Positions 9,970 through 18,606 of a DNA stretch of 64,000 nucleotides are shown one piece after another. Under the pieces are notes generated by a model. That model was not told the origin of the DNA. It did no database searches and saw nothing but the letters and a program-made list of their open reading frames with translations. Position numbers and translations under genes: made by a program. The stretch lies in NCBI GenBank assembly GCA_017435505.1, contig JAFSEZ010000018.1, forward strand, positions 7,484-71,483. The letters are read 5' to 3'. How positions within the stretch are numbered: position 1 is the stretch's first letter; the number at the start of each line of letters is the position of its first letter. The DNA comes from Akkermansia sp. (GTDB lineage: Bacteria > Verrucomicrobiota > Verrucomicrobiia > Verrucomicrobiales > Akkermansiaceae).

Positions 9970-12900
9970 TTAGTGAGAATCATCACTTGATGCTGCCAGA
10001 TACTCGCGAGCACCTACTTCATCCGGGTCTTCCTTCAGATCATTAATCTTGAACGTGATGCGGAAAAGACGCATGATGAAGACATAGGAACAGGGGATGA
10101 GGAACACACCCACCACAGTAGCCACGGTCATGCCGGCCACCACCACCACACCGATGGAGTTGCGCGCCATAGCGCCCGAACCACTGGAAAGCACCAAGGG
10201 GATACAACCCAAGATGAAAGCGAAAGAAGTCATGATGATGGGGCGCAAACGCAGGCGAGCAGCTGTAAGCGTAGCCTCCATGAGTGTTTTGCCGCGTTCC
10301 ATTTCCAAGTTGGCGAACTCCACAATCAGAATGGCGTTCTTGGCAGCAAGCCCCACCAGCATCACCAAGCCCACCTGGGCATACAAGTTGAGCTCCAAGC
10401 CCCATACGTAGAGGCCGATGTATGCCCCCAGCACGGCGATAGGTACCGTCATGAACACGGAGATGGGCAATGTCCACTTTTCATACAAGGCCGCCAAAAT
10501 AAGGAAGGCAAAGAAACCGGACATGAGGAAGATGGTGCCAAGGCCCGTACTGTTGCGCACCTTGTTTTCTTGGAAGGACATATCTTGGTAGTCCATACCC
10601 ACCTTCGTCTTATCCATATTCTGTTCGAAGACCTCTTCCATGGCATCCATGAGCTGCTGCGTGGAGTAGCCTTCGCGGGGCATCACATTGAGTTTGGCTG
10701 CATTGTAGCCATTGTGGTGCATCACGAACTCTGTATCGGCTATATCCCGGATACTCACGATGGCATCCAGAGGTACTTTTTCACCTTTCTTGTTGATGAC
10801 GAAGAACCCCTTCATCTGCGACAAGTCCATGCGGTCGGCACCGCGAGCCTGCATGTAGACCTGCCATTGCTGGCCGAAAGCGTTGAAGAAGTTCACGAAA
10901 CTGGAACCGTAGTAGGAAGCCAACACACCATAGGCATCGCTGATACTCACGCCGTATTTCTGGCACTTAGCGCGATCCAAGGATATGTGCTTCTGGGGCA
11001 CATCTGCCATCATCATGTCGCGGCACATAGCCACCTCGGGGCGCGCTCCTGCGGCCTGCTCAAACTTCTTAATTTGCTGGTAGAGGAACTCCACACCTTG
11101 CCCTTCCAGGTCTGTGAGTACCATGGTGACACCATTGGCCGTACCCACGCCGGGAATAGCGGGCGGTATAAGCACCATAGATACACCATCCAAGCCGGCC
11201 ATGTGGCAACGAGCCTGCATGCGCTTCTGCACATCAGCGGCAGTTTCCGAACGCTCGCTCCAATCCTTGAGCTGGATGAAAGCAATGGCAGCACCGGGGG
11301 TCTGCACCATGTTGAGAATGTTGATACCTACCACAGATGTCAGATTTTTGATGGCGGGTTCCGGTTTATCCGCAGTACCGGCCAAGGCATCTTCAAACTT
11401 CTTTGCCTGCACCAAAGCACGCTGCAAGGAGGTTTCCGGCTTCATCACAAGAGCCGCCAGCAAGAAGCCTTGGTCTTCGTCCGGCAGGAAAGCACCCGGC
11501 ACTTTATCACTCACCGGCTTAATGGCAAACCAGAAGAGCAACAAAATAGGCATTGAGATGATAAGCTTGCGAGCCAAGCCGCCGCAAATCTTCGTGTAGA
11601 TACCGGCGGTGCAATCATAGCACTTGTTGAACACACGGAAGAAAGGCTTGGCAAGGCCATGATTGAGCTTGAATACGATGCGACGCAGCAGATTCTTGGG
11701 TGGGGTGTTGTTCTCTTCCTTACTCTTGAGCATCAGAGCACACAATGCAGGCGAGAGTGTCAATGCATTGAATGCCGAAATAAGCATGGAAATAGCAATG
11801 GTGATGGCGAATTGCTTGAAGAGTGTGCCGGTGATGCCTTCCAGCATGAGGGAAGGCAGGAACACCGCAGCCAGCACCAAGGCAATGGCTATCACCGGGC
11901 CGCTCACTTCCTGCATGGCGGCAAAGGATGCCATGCGCGGGTTGAGCCCCTTTTCAATGTGGTGCTGCACCGCCTCCACCACCACGATAGCATCGTCCAC
12001 CACCAAGCCGATGGCCAGCACCATACCCAGCAAGGAAATGGTGTTGAGGGTGAAGCCCAACAGGGGGAAGACGCAGAAGGTTGATACCAGAGACACCGGT
12101 ACCGCAATCAGCGGGATGGCCGTGGCGCGCCAGCTTTGCAGGAAAAGGAACACCACGAGTGCCACCAGCACGATAGCTTCGATGAAGGTCTGCTTGATTT
12201 CCTCGATGGAATAGCGCACAGCCGTGGTCGTATCCAATGAACAAGTTCCTTCCACACCGGGCGGCAAAGCCTTGGATTCCAGAAGTTTATTCACGCGATC
12301 CACCGTAGCAATAGCATTGGAACCGGGAGACTGGAAGATAACCACACTGGCTGCAACCTTGCGGTTCAGACGCCCGGTCACAGAGTAGTCTGCCGAGCCC
12401 AATTCGATTGTAGCGATGTCTTTCAGGAACACCACTTCATCGCCTTTCTGGCGCACAATGATATTTTCAAACTGCTCGGGGGAGGAAAGACGCCCCTCGG
12501 TGCGAATGGTGACTGTTGTCTCCTGCCCCGCAGGTACGGGGTCGGCCCCCACTTTACCGCCGGGGTTGGTCACGTTCTGCTGGCGAATGGCGCCCTGCAC
12601 TTCATTGATGGAAATGCCGAAATGCGACATCTTCACCGTGTTGAGCCAAATGCGGATGGCATAGCGGCCGGCACCATACACCGTCACCTCGCCCACACCG
12701 GGAACACGCTTGATTTCATCCATCAACTTCACCTGGGCGTAGTTGGCCAAGTCTACAGCATCGTAGGAGCCATCAGGAGAGGTGAGGGAGTATATCATGA
12801 TGGGCAGCCCCGGCTGCTGGCGAATGGTAATGCCCGAGTTGAGCACCTCTGTAGGCACCTGAGACTGGGCCTGGCCGTAGCGCATGTTGGTGAGCACCTG

Positions 12901-13209
12901 GTCCAAGTCGGTATCCGAGCCGGGTTCGAACACGACCTGCAAATTGTACACACCGTTATTGGAAGACACGGAAGTCATGTAATCCATGTGCTGCACGCCG
13001 TTCATCTGGCGCTCAATGGGAGTACCCACGGAATCAGCCACGGCTTGAGCATCAGCACCGGGGTATACGGCCGTCAGATTAATGGTTCGCGGGGTAATTT
13101 CGGGGTACTGCTCGATGGGAAGATTCAGCAGACAGACCACACCCAACACGGTGGTCAGCACGGCAATAACCGTGGCTATAACCGGGTGTTTGATGAAATA
13201 AGCACTCAT
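9970..13209 (-). CDS. RND multidrug efflux permease (AcrB/HAE1 family)
   Basis: 1079 aa. N-terminus MSAYFIKHPVIATVIAVL..., a 12-TM layout with two large periplasmic loops, and the conserved VVDDAIVVVE motif. Confidence 0.95.
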   Translation of the reverse strand: MSAYFIKHPVIATVIAVLTTVLGVVCLLNLPIEQYPEITPRTINLTAVYPGADAQAVADSVGTPIERQMNGVQHMDYMTSVSSNNGVYNLQVVFEPGSDTDLDQVLTNMRYGQAQSQVPTEVLNSGITIRQQPGLPIMIYSLTSPDGSYDAVDLANYAQVKLMDEIKRVPGVGEVTVYGAGRYAIRIWLNTVKMSHFGISINEVQGAIRQQNVTNPGGKVGADPVPAGQETTVTIRTEGRLSSPEQFENIIVRQKGDEVVFLKDIATIELGSADYSVTGRLNRKVAASVVIFQSPGSNAIATVDRVNKLLESKALPPGVEGTCSLDTTTAVRYSIEEIKQTFIEAIVLVALVVFLFLQSWRATAIPLIAVPVSLVSTFCVFPLLGFTLNTISLLGMVLAIGLVVDDAIVVVEAVQHHIEKGLNPRMASFAAMQEVSGPVIAIALVLAAVFLPSLMLEGITGTLFKQFAITIAISMLISAFNALTLSPALCALMLKSKEENNTPPKNLLRRIVFKLNHGLAKPFFRVFNKCYDCTAGIYTKICGGLARKLIISMPILLLFWFAIKPVSDKVPGAFLPDEDQGFLLAALVMKPETSLQRALVQAKKFEDALAGTADKPEPAIKNLTSVVGINILNMVQTPGAAIAFIQLKDWSERSETAADVQKRMQARCHMAGLDGVSMVLIPPAIPGVGTANGVTMVLTDLEGQGVEFLYQQIKKFEQAAGARPEVAMCRDMMMADVPQKHISLDRAKCQKYGVSISDAYGVLASYYGSSFVNFFNAFGQQWQVYMQARGADRMDLSQMKGFFVINKKGEKVPLDAIVSIRDIADTEFVMHHNGYNAAKLNVMPREGYSTQQLMDAMEEVFEQNMDKTKVGMDYQDMSFQENKVRNSTGLGTIFLMSGFFAFLILAALYEKWTLPISVFMTVPIAVLGAYIGLYVWGLELNLYAQVGLVMLVGLAAKNAILIVEFANLEMERGKTLMEATLTAARLRLRPIIMTSFAFILGCIPLVLSSGSGAMARNSIGVVVVAGMTVATVVGVFLIPCSYVFIMRLFRITFKINDLKEDPDEVGAREYLAASSDDSH

Positions 13210-13251
13210 GGTTTTTATTTACTGTATATTCAACCTTGAGAAAACACGATT

Positions 13252-14685
13252 TTATTCAGCCAGAGCTGTGACAGAGGGGGTGGTAGACACGGGGCGCGTG
13301 TAGGTATATGCCCGTGGATTGGGTGCCACAGAGGCGAAACCGCCCTTGGCTCCGGCTTTCTTCATACCTGCGTTGACACTGGCATAAATCTGAGCCATCT
13401 GACCACCCTCCACGATGACGGGAACCTCCAACGGATTATCATAGCCTATGCCGCTGAGTATATCATGAAGCCCCAGCTTATTGCCTTTTTCATCGTAAAT
13501 TTCACGTGCAGTCACTACCTGCATGGGCATCTTCACCGTGTTACCATCGCCATTGGGCATGTCCAATTCAATCTCCTGCCCCAGAATCACATCAATACCA
13601 TAGGGCAGATTATCCGGCCCCACCACGTAGATAAAGCGGTGATTCATAGAGGAAAGGATGGCTGCTTTGGGCACCAGAAAAGCGTCTTTCACCTCACCCA
13701 CCTTGGCACGAATCTGCACCGAAGCACCGGAGCGCAGGCGCAGTTCCTTGTTGGGGATAGAACCGATGAAATTCACCGTACCGGTAGAGGTATTCACCTC
13801 ACTATCCATGGTACGCACTATGCCCTTTTCATTATAAAGTGAGCCGTCTTCCAAGATGACATCAAACTCCGTGAAAGGTGAATCCATATTCTCACCGGCA
13901 CGGAAGTTTGTCTGCGTCACGATATCCAACACGTGCTTACCTGTCACCATAAAGTCCACACGGATGGGATCGATAGAGCTCATGCGGGTGAGTGTTACCG
14001 CGCCGGGGGAAACATGGTCGCCGATACTCACGGTGGCAGCAGAGGCGTAGCCATCGAACGGGGCTTTGATTGAGCAGCGGTCAAGATTGATACGAGCTGT
14101 TTCCAAAGAAGCCTCTGCCTGTTTTACATGAAAACGAGCCGCCGCCAGAATAGCCCCGCAACGGCGCTTGGCATGCTCTGCATCCTTGAATGTTTTATCC
14201 GATACGGAACCGCTCTTGACCAACTCACTATATCGGTTCAAATCCTGTTGAGCCTGCACATCCGCAATCTCGGCCTGCAATACCGAGGAACGCGCAGCTT
14301 CCAAGTTGGCTTCGGCCAAATCCACCGCAGCGCGGTATGTGCCGTCATCAATGCGGAACAATACCTCGTCTTTCTTGCAGGGAGAGCCGTCTATGTATAG
14401 TTTCTCTACAATCTTGCCGGAAACTTCCGGTTTGATATCAGCTTGCTCCGTACCTCTCAGTTGACCAAACCACGTAGCGTACACCGGAACGGTCTGTTGG
14501 TGCAATTTCATCACGGAAACACTCAGCGGGGGCATTTGTTGCCGGGGCTGCTCTTTCTCGCCAAAAAAATCGTTGTAAAAGCGCTCGAAAAAGCCGGGGG
14601 TGCCATCCTCACTCTCTCCACAGCCGGTCAGGCCGGTCACCAACAAGCCACTCATGGCCAATTTCACTAGTGTATGCGTCTTCAT
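13252..14685 (-). CDS. RND efflux periplasmic adaptor (membrane fusion protein)
   Basis: 477 aa with a lipobox (LTGCGES) and the HlyD/AcrA-like lipoyl, coiled-coil hairpin and beta-barrel order. It lies directly upstream of the RND pump. Confidence 0.88.
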   Translation of the reverse strand: MKTHTLVKLAMSGLLVTGLTGCGESEDGTPGFFERFYNDFFGEKEQPRQQMPPLSVSVMKLHQQTVPVYATWFGQLRGTEQADIKPEVSGKIVEKLYIDGSPCKKDEVLFRIDDGTYRAAVDLAEANLEAARSSVLQAEIADVQAQQDLNRYSELVKSGSVSDKTFKDAEHAKRRCGAILAAARFHVKQAEASLETARINLDRCSIKAPFDGYASAATVSIGDHVSPGAVTLTRMSSIDPIRVDFMVTGKHVLDIVTQTNFRAGENMDSPFTEFDVILEDGSLYNEKGIVRTMDSEVNTSTGTVNFIGSIPNKELRLRSGASVQIRAKVGEVKDAFLVPKAAILSSMNHRFIYVVGPDNLPYGIDVILGQEIELDMPNGDGNTVKMPMQVVTAREIYDEKGNKLGLHDILSGIGYDNPLEVPVIVEGGQMAQIYASVNAGMKKAGAKGGFASVAPNPRAYTYTRPVSTTPSVTALAE

Positions 14686-14703
14686 TGTATCTTGAATGTA
14701 AAA

Positions 14704-15132
14704 TTATCTTGCTATGTTGGAATACATCTTATGCAACACACGGGAAAGCAATGCCTGTTCCTCTTTGCTCACCCCTTGCAGTAGCATCCCGTGCAATTCT
14801 GCAATGCTCTGCTCCATGTCGCTCTTCATTTTGGCGCTCTTATCAGTCAGGTATGCGTTCTTCACTCGCGCATCTGCTGCATCATGCGCCGTGCGCACAA
14901 ATCCTTTCTCCTCCAACCGCTGCAACAGGCCTTTCACTGTGGTGTGGCTTACCCCCAAATAGCGCCCAATGTCGCGCTGCGATACGGGGCCTCCTCCGCG
15001 TGTTTCCAAGTACATCAGCACGCGGCACTGCGGTGCCGTCAGCATGCTTGCCATGCGCGGCGCAAACAGGCAGGAAACACGATCCGTTATCATCTTCATC
15101 ATGAAGCTGATACTGTGCTCTCTCTCCTCCAT
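14704..15132 (-). CDS. MarR family transcriptional regulator
   Basis: 142 aa with a winged-HTH segment (LTAPQCRVLMYLE...VSQRDIGRYLGVSHTTVKGLLQRLEEKGFV). It is the first gene of the efflux operon. Confidence 0.85.
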   Translation of the reverse strand: MEEREHSISFMMKMITDRVSCLFAPRMASMLTAPQCRVLMYLETRGGGPVSQRDIGRYLGVSHTTVKGLLQRLEEKGFVRTAHDAADARVKNAYLTDKSAKMKSDMEQSIAELHGMLLQGVSKEEQALLSRVLHKMYSNIAR

Positions 15133-15161
15133 TTCTTGCGTTTTTGTGCTTGTTGTTTAGA

Positions 15162-15179
15162 TATGAAGCATGCTTCATA
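15162..15179. promoter_or_regulatory. perfect 18-bp palindrome, candidate MarR operator
   Basis: TATGAAGCA|TGCTTCATA lies between the predicted -10 (15190-15195) and the marR ATG (15132). Confidence 0.45.
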
Positions 15180-15189
15180 CCACAGCCGA

Positions 15190-15218
15190 AGTTTAGCAAC
15201 TCGTGTCTCGCAAGTCAA
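15190..15218 (-). promoter_or_regulatory. sigma70-type promoter for the marR-efflux operon (TTGACT-17-TAAACT)
   Basis: Minus strand: -35 at 15218-15213 and -10 at 15195-15190. The palindrome starts about 10 nt downstream. Confidence 0.5.
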
Positions 15219-15239
15219 GAAAAATGCGTGATTTTTTCG

Positions 15240-15515
15240 TCAGGATTCCACCTGTTTTGGCGGCACACATTTTCTTCTTTGGCGAAAGTAATCTGCCACA
15301 TTCGACACCTTGCCGGAAGCCAAGTCTGCCAACATGGCATCACGCTCCGTAAGCGCTGCGTTCAGAGCGGCTTGTGGAGTCTCAAAATCCTTGTCGGAGA
15401 AGTAGCGAACAAAGCGTTCCTTGCTGCGGGTGATGCACAGGCGCCAACCACAAAAGGTGTAGCTTCTCCCCTTCTCTTTTTCGTAGCGCGAGATGTATTT
15501 GTGCTTCTGCTCCAT
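15240..15515 (-). CDS. small AP2-like DNA-binding protein (paralog 1)
   Basis: 91 aa. The core YISRYEKEKGRSYTFCGWRLCITRSKERFVRYFSDKDFETPQAALNAALTERDAML follows the three-strand plus helix AP2/ERF pattern. It is clearly paralogous to the ORF at 30649-30924. Confidence 0.5.
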   Translation of the reverse strand: MEQKHKYISRYEKEKGRSYTFCGWRLCITRSKERFVRYFSDKDFETPQAALNAALTERDAMLADLASGKVSNVADYFRQRRKCVPPKQVES

Positions 15516-15521
15516 GCGGGC

Positions 15522-15550
15522 AGATTAGCAATTTTTGGATGATTGGTCAA
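15522..15550 (-). promoter_or_regulatory. sigma70-type promoter (TTGACC-17-TAATCT) only 6 nt from the ATG, implying a leaderless mRNA
   Basis: Minus strand: -35 at 15550-15545, -10 at 15527-15522 and ATG at 15515-15513. Confidence 0.5.
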
Positions 15551-15634
15551 GCATTATGTTTTGCTTTTTTGAACAATTTTATAATTATATTCATTCATAA
15601 AACATAACATTAAATCACAACAAACAAAAAAACA

Positions 15635-17767
15635 TCATCCTACCACGGCGGCCTCACCATCATCTGCCACGAGAGCACGCAAAGAAATGTGCTGTGGGAG
15701 CTTCAACTGAGGGTCAACATTGAGTATGCGAGCCGCTTCACGACTGGCGCGGTGGATGAGGCGTGCATCGGAGAGCCACTCCGCAAAGCGCACAGCGCCA
15801 AGACCGCTTTGCTCCGTACCCAGCACATCTCCCGGGCCACGCAAGCGGAAATCTTCTTCGGCAATTTCAAAACCATTGAGCGTGCGGCAAAGCACTTCCA
15901 ACTTTTCACGCCCCGGCTCACCGGGCTTTGCTTTGGAAAGCAGGATACAGTAGCTCTTGTGAGCACCACGCCCAATGCGACCGCGCAACTGATGCAGCTG
16001 GGAAAGGCCAAAGCTGTCGGCATCGTTGATAAGCATGATGGTGGCATTGGGCACATCCACCCCCACTTCCACTACTGTGGTAGCAATAAGCAAGTGTGTT
16101 TCATTGGCACGGAATGCAGCCATCACCTCATCTTTCTCATCTGCACTCAAGCGCCCGTGCAGTAAGCCCATTGGCTCTTCCGGGAAGATTTTTTTCCAAT
16201 GCTCCAGCTGTGCGGTGGCAGATTTTCTTTCACTGGCCTCACTATCCTCAACAAGGGGAGAGACAATATATATTTGACGCCCCGCCGCCAGCTCCGAACG
16301 CATGAAAGCCACAATGCGCTTCGTGTTGTCGGGGTTGCGCAACGCGGTGACGATTTCACCACGGCCTGCGGGTAATTCATCAATGACAGACACCTCTAAA
16401 TCTCCATAAAGAGTCAAGGTAAGCGTGCGAGGAATCGGTGTAGCAGTCATCACCAACACATCAGGGTTATTCCCGCAATTGATGAATGACTCCCTCTGCA
16501 AGACCCCGAACTTGTGCTGCTCATCAATAACCGCCAAACCCAAGTCGCTAGGGCGATTTTTTTTGTACAGCAACGCATGCGTACCCACAATGATGCGGGG
16601 AGCAGCATCCCCCTCCATTTCGGCCAAATAATCCGTATCATCGGCTCGCGCCGCCGTGCGCAAGGACACGCGCACATCCACCCCCTGCAAAAAGCGGCAA
16701 AAATTGCGATAATGCTGCTCTGCCAGTATCTGCGTGGGTGCTATCAAGGCGGCGGTGTGGCCGCTTTCCACGGCCAGCAACATGGCACAGAGAGCTACAA
16801 GCGTTTTGCCGCTCCCCACATCCCCCTGCAAGAGGCGATTCATTTGCCGAGGAGAGGCCATATCAGCACGGATTTCCGCTACACAACGTTGCTGAGCCGC
16901 GGTAAGAGCAAAGGGCAAAGAAGCCAGCAACTCCTCAAGGTAGCCATCACTCGTGGCCGTGATTTGCCCGCGACTTTGCTGATTGCGGCGGCGACGCCAT
17001 GTCACCCGAAACAGCCGGAGAAAACACTCGGACAAAGCAAAACGCATACGTGCTTTATGGCTTGCTTCCTGCGTAGCCGGAAAATGCAAATCCTGCAATG
17101 CCTCGCGGTACGGATATGCCGGAGCAACATCGTAGACGGGAGGGGCAATATCCCGTGCAAGCTCCCGCAGCATGCGCCACACAATGGAGCGGTACCTGCG
17201 CATCACAAGCCCCGATACCGAACGATACACCGGTACGATGCGTCCCGTATGCACGAGTTCCCCGCCAACTCCGATTTCAGTACGCGGAACCGCAGCTCCC
17301 CCTAATGCTATTTCAGCCAATCGCAATCCGGCATCTTCCTCTTCCATCACCTCAAAATCCGGATTACTCATGGTGAGCTTGCCGCCATATGCTTTGACTT
17401 TGCCATAGATGGACAATTTCATGCCGGTGGCTATCAGCTTGGCAACATATGGCATGTTGAACCAGCGCAGATACAACCGCGTACCATAAGGATTTCCTTC
17501 CTCTCCCACCGTCACCTCATAGTAGCGCTTATGAGCAAAGCGCCATCCTGCGCCATACACATGCACACTCAGGCTATAGGTCTCACCATTTACCAAAGAT
17601 GCCAAGGGGGCAGATATCCTCCTGTCTTCATAACGGCGTGGCACACGATGCAGCACATCTGCAACAGTTGTCATACCGGCGGCCAGCAGAGCTTTAAGCT
17701 CCCCCTTCGTGAGCCACTCAATGGTCTTCAGATGAGCATCCGGCAAAAGCTCTGGCATCCGGAGCAT
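15635..17767 (-). CDS. recG: ATP-dependent DNA helicase RecG
   Basis: 710 aa with an N-terminal wedge/OB region, Walker A GDVGSGKT, the DEQHKFG box and helicase C motifs (QLRGRIGRG). Confidence 0.93.
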   Translation of the reverse strand: MLRMPELLPDAHLKTIEWLTKGELKALLAAGMTTVADVLHRVPRRYEDRRISAPLASLVNGETYSLSVHVYGAGWRFAHKRYYEVTVGEEGNPYGTRLYLRWFNMPYVAKLIATGMKLSIYGKVKAYGGKLTMSNPDFEVMEEEDAGLRLAEIALGGAAVPRTEIGVGGELVHTGRIVPVYRSVSGLVMRRYRSIVWRMLRELARDIAPPVYDVAPAYPYREALQDLHFPATQEASHKARMRFALSECFLRLFRVTWRRRRNQQSRGQITATSDGYLEELLASLPFALTAAQQRCVAEIRADMASPRQMNRLLQGDVGSGKTLVALCAMLLAVESGHTAALIAPTQILAEQHYRNFCRFLQGVDVRVSLRTAARADDTDYLAEMEGDAAPRIIVGTHALLYKKNRPSDLGLAVIDEQHKFGVLQRESFINCGNNPDVLVMTATPIPRTLTLTLYGDLEVSVIDELPAGRGEIVTALRNPDNTKRIVAFMRSELAAGRQIYIVSPLVEDSEASERKSATAQLEHWKKIFPEEPMGLLHGRLSADEKDEVMAAFRANETHLLIATTVVEVGVDVPNATIMLINDADSFGLSQLHQLRGRIGRGAHKSYCILLSKAKPGEPGREKLEVLCRTLNGFEIAEEDFRLRGPGDVLGTEQSGLGAVRFAEWLSDARLIHRASREAARILNVDPQLKLPQHISLRALVADDGEAAVVG

Positions 17768-18459
17768 CAGCGGAAGGATACCCCCTTATTAATGCAGCGG
17801 AAGTAGTAATCAACACGAGACAGGAACCATGCCCACTTCGGTCCGGGACGCCCATTTGTCAGCAACGGGGTGGGGCAATTTTTACCGGTCCAATGGTAAT
17901 GCGGCACCACGCGGCGCAGATTAATTTTGTAGCGTTTCATGAGCAAAGCCGTCAGCTTTGCCGTGCGATCCCACGTGCGGAAATGATTGTGACCTCGGTT
18001 CTCGCATTCGCACATTTCAATGCCAATAGAATTGTGATTACCGGCGGCCGTGCCGGCATGCCATGCCGTCTCATTCAACGGAATGTTCTGCACAACCATG
18101 TATTGGTCTACCGTAAAGTGCCAGTTGCGGTTGTTGAAAGCCCCACGGCACAGCGCTCGAGAGTGCTGCATGGCTGTAGCCGTTGATGAATGATTGGCCG
18201 TGCTATGAATTGTCAGGAACGTAGGACGCATGCGGCGAGACTTCCTGCGCTGCAATGAGTTGGAGGGCATCATACGAATTTTGATATTGACCTCCTTGGC
18301 CATCTGCCCAAGCGTGCGCGGCACGATAGGACGCGCAACAGTCTTGAATCGGTAAACCGGAGGCTTCTTCAAATACGAGCTCCCGCCCTGCTGCTGACAG
18401 CCAAGCAGACATGCCAACAGCATGCAAATAAAAGCTACGACTTGCCACCTCCTCACCAT
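17767..18459 (-). CDS. N-acetylmuramoyl-L-alanine amidase (amidase_2/PGRP-type) lipoprotein
   Basis: Lipobox LLACLLGC, then the amidase_2 hallmarks IHSTAN..., WHFTVD, AWHAG, NSIGIEMCE and VPHYHWTGKNCP. The stop overlaps the recG start (TGATG). Confidence 0.85.
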   Translation of the reverse strand: MVRRWQVVAFICMLLACLLGCQQQGGSSYLKKPPVYRFKTVARPIVPRTLGQMAKEVNIKIRMMPSNSLQRRKSRRMRPTFLTIHSTANHSSTATAMQHSRALCRGAFNNRNWHFTVDQYMVVQNIPLNETAWHAGTAAGNHNSIGIEMCECENRGHNHFRTWDRTAKLTALLMKRYKINLRRVVPHYHWTGKNCPTPLLTNGRPGPKWAWFLSRVDYYFRCINKGVSFR

Positions 18460-18465
18460 GAATCT

Positions 18466-18494
18466 ATATTGCCACGCAAGCCCCCCTTTGGCAA
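18466..18494 (-). promoter_or_regulatory. candidate promoter for amidase-recG (TTGCCA-17-CAATAT), 6 nt from the ATG
   Basis: Minus strand: -35 at 18494-18489, -10 at 18471-18466 and ATG at 18459. Confidence 0.4.
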
Positions 18495-18545
18495 GTCAAA
18501 ATCCCGATTTTGTTCCAAAATTGTTTTAGATTTCTGAAACAATTA

Positions 18546-18581
18546 CGGCACGCATCTCATCCACAGAAGAAATGCGTGCCG
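18546..18581 (-). terminator. hairpin terminator downstream of rpiB-glyA
   Basis: 10-bp perfect stem CGGCACGCAT/ATGCGTGCCG with a 16-nt loop, 25 nt after the stop. The downstream tract (UAAUUGUUU) is only moderately U-rich. Confidence 0.5.
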
Positions 18582-18606
18582 ACGAAGCAATGATAAGCTA
18601 AAAAAC

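Noticed and set aside
15551-15634. AT-rich stretch with dif-like words (…TTATGTTTTAT… on the minus strand) as a possible Xer recombination site
   Set aside because: Only a partial match to the XerD-arm consensus TTATGTTAAAT is present. There is no matching XerC arm at the correct 6-nt spacing. The region is better explained as the promoter and UP-like region of the AP2-like gene.
17764-17770. TGATG stop/start overlaps (amidase-recG here, tyrS-hypothetical at 5761-5765, LptFG-HAD TAATG at 29893-29897) as something unusual
   Set aside because: One-to-four-nucleotide overlaps are ordinary translational coupling in compact operons. They are noted only as support for the operon calls.
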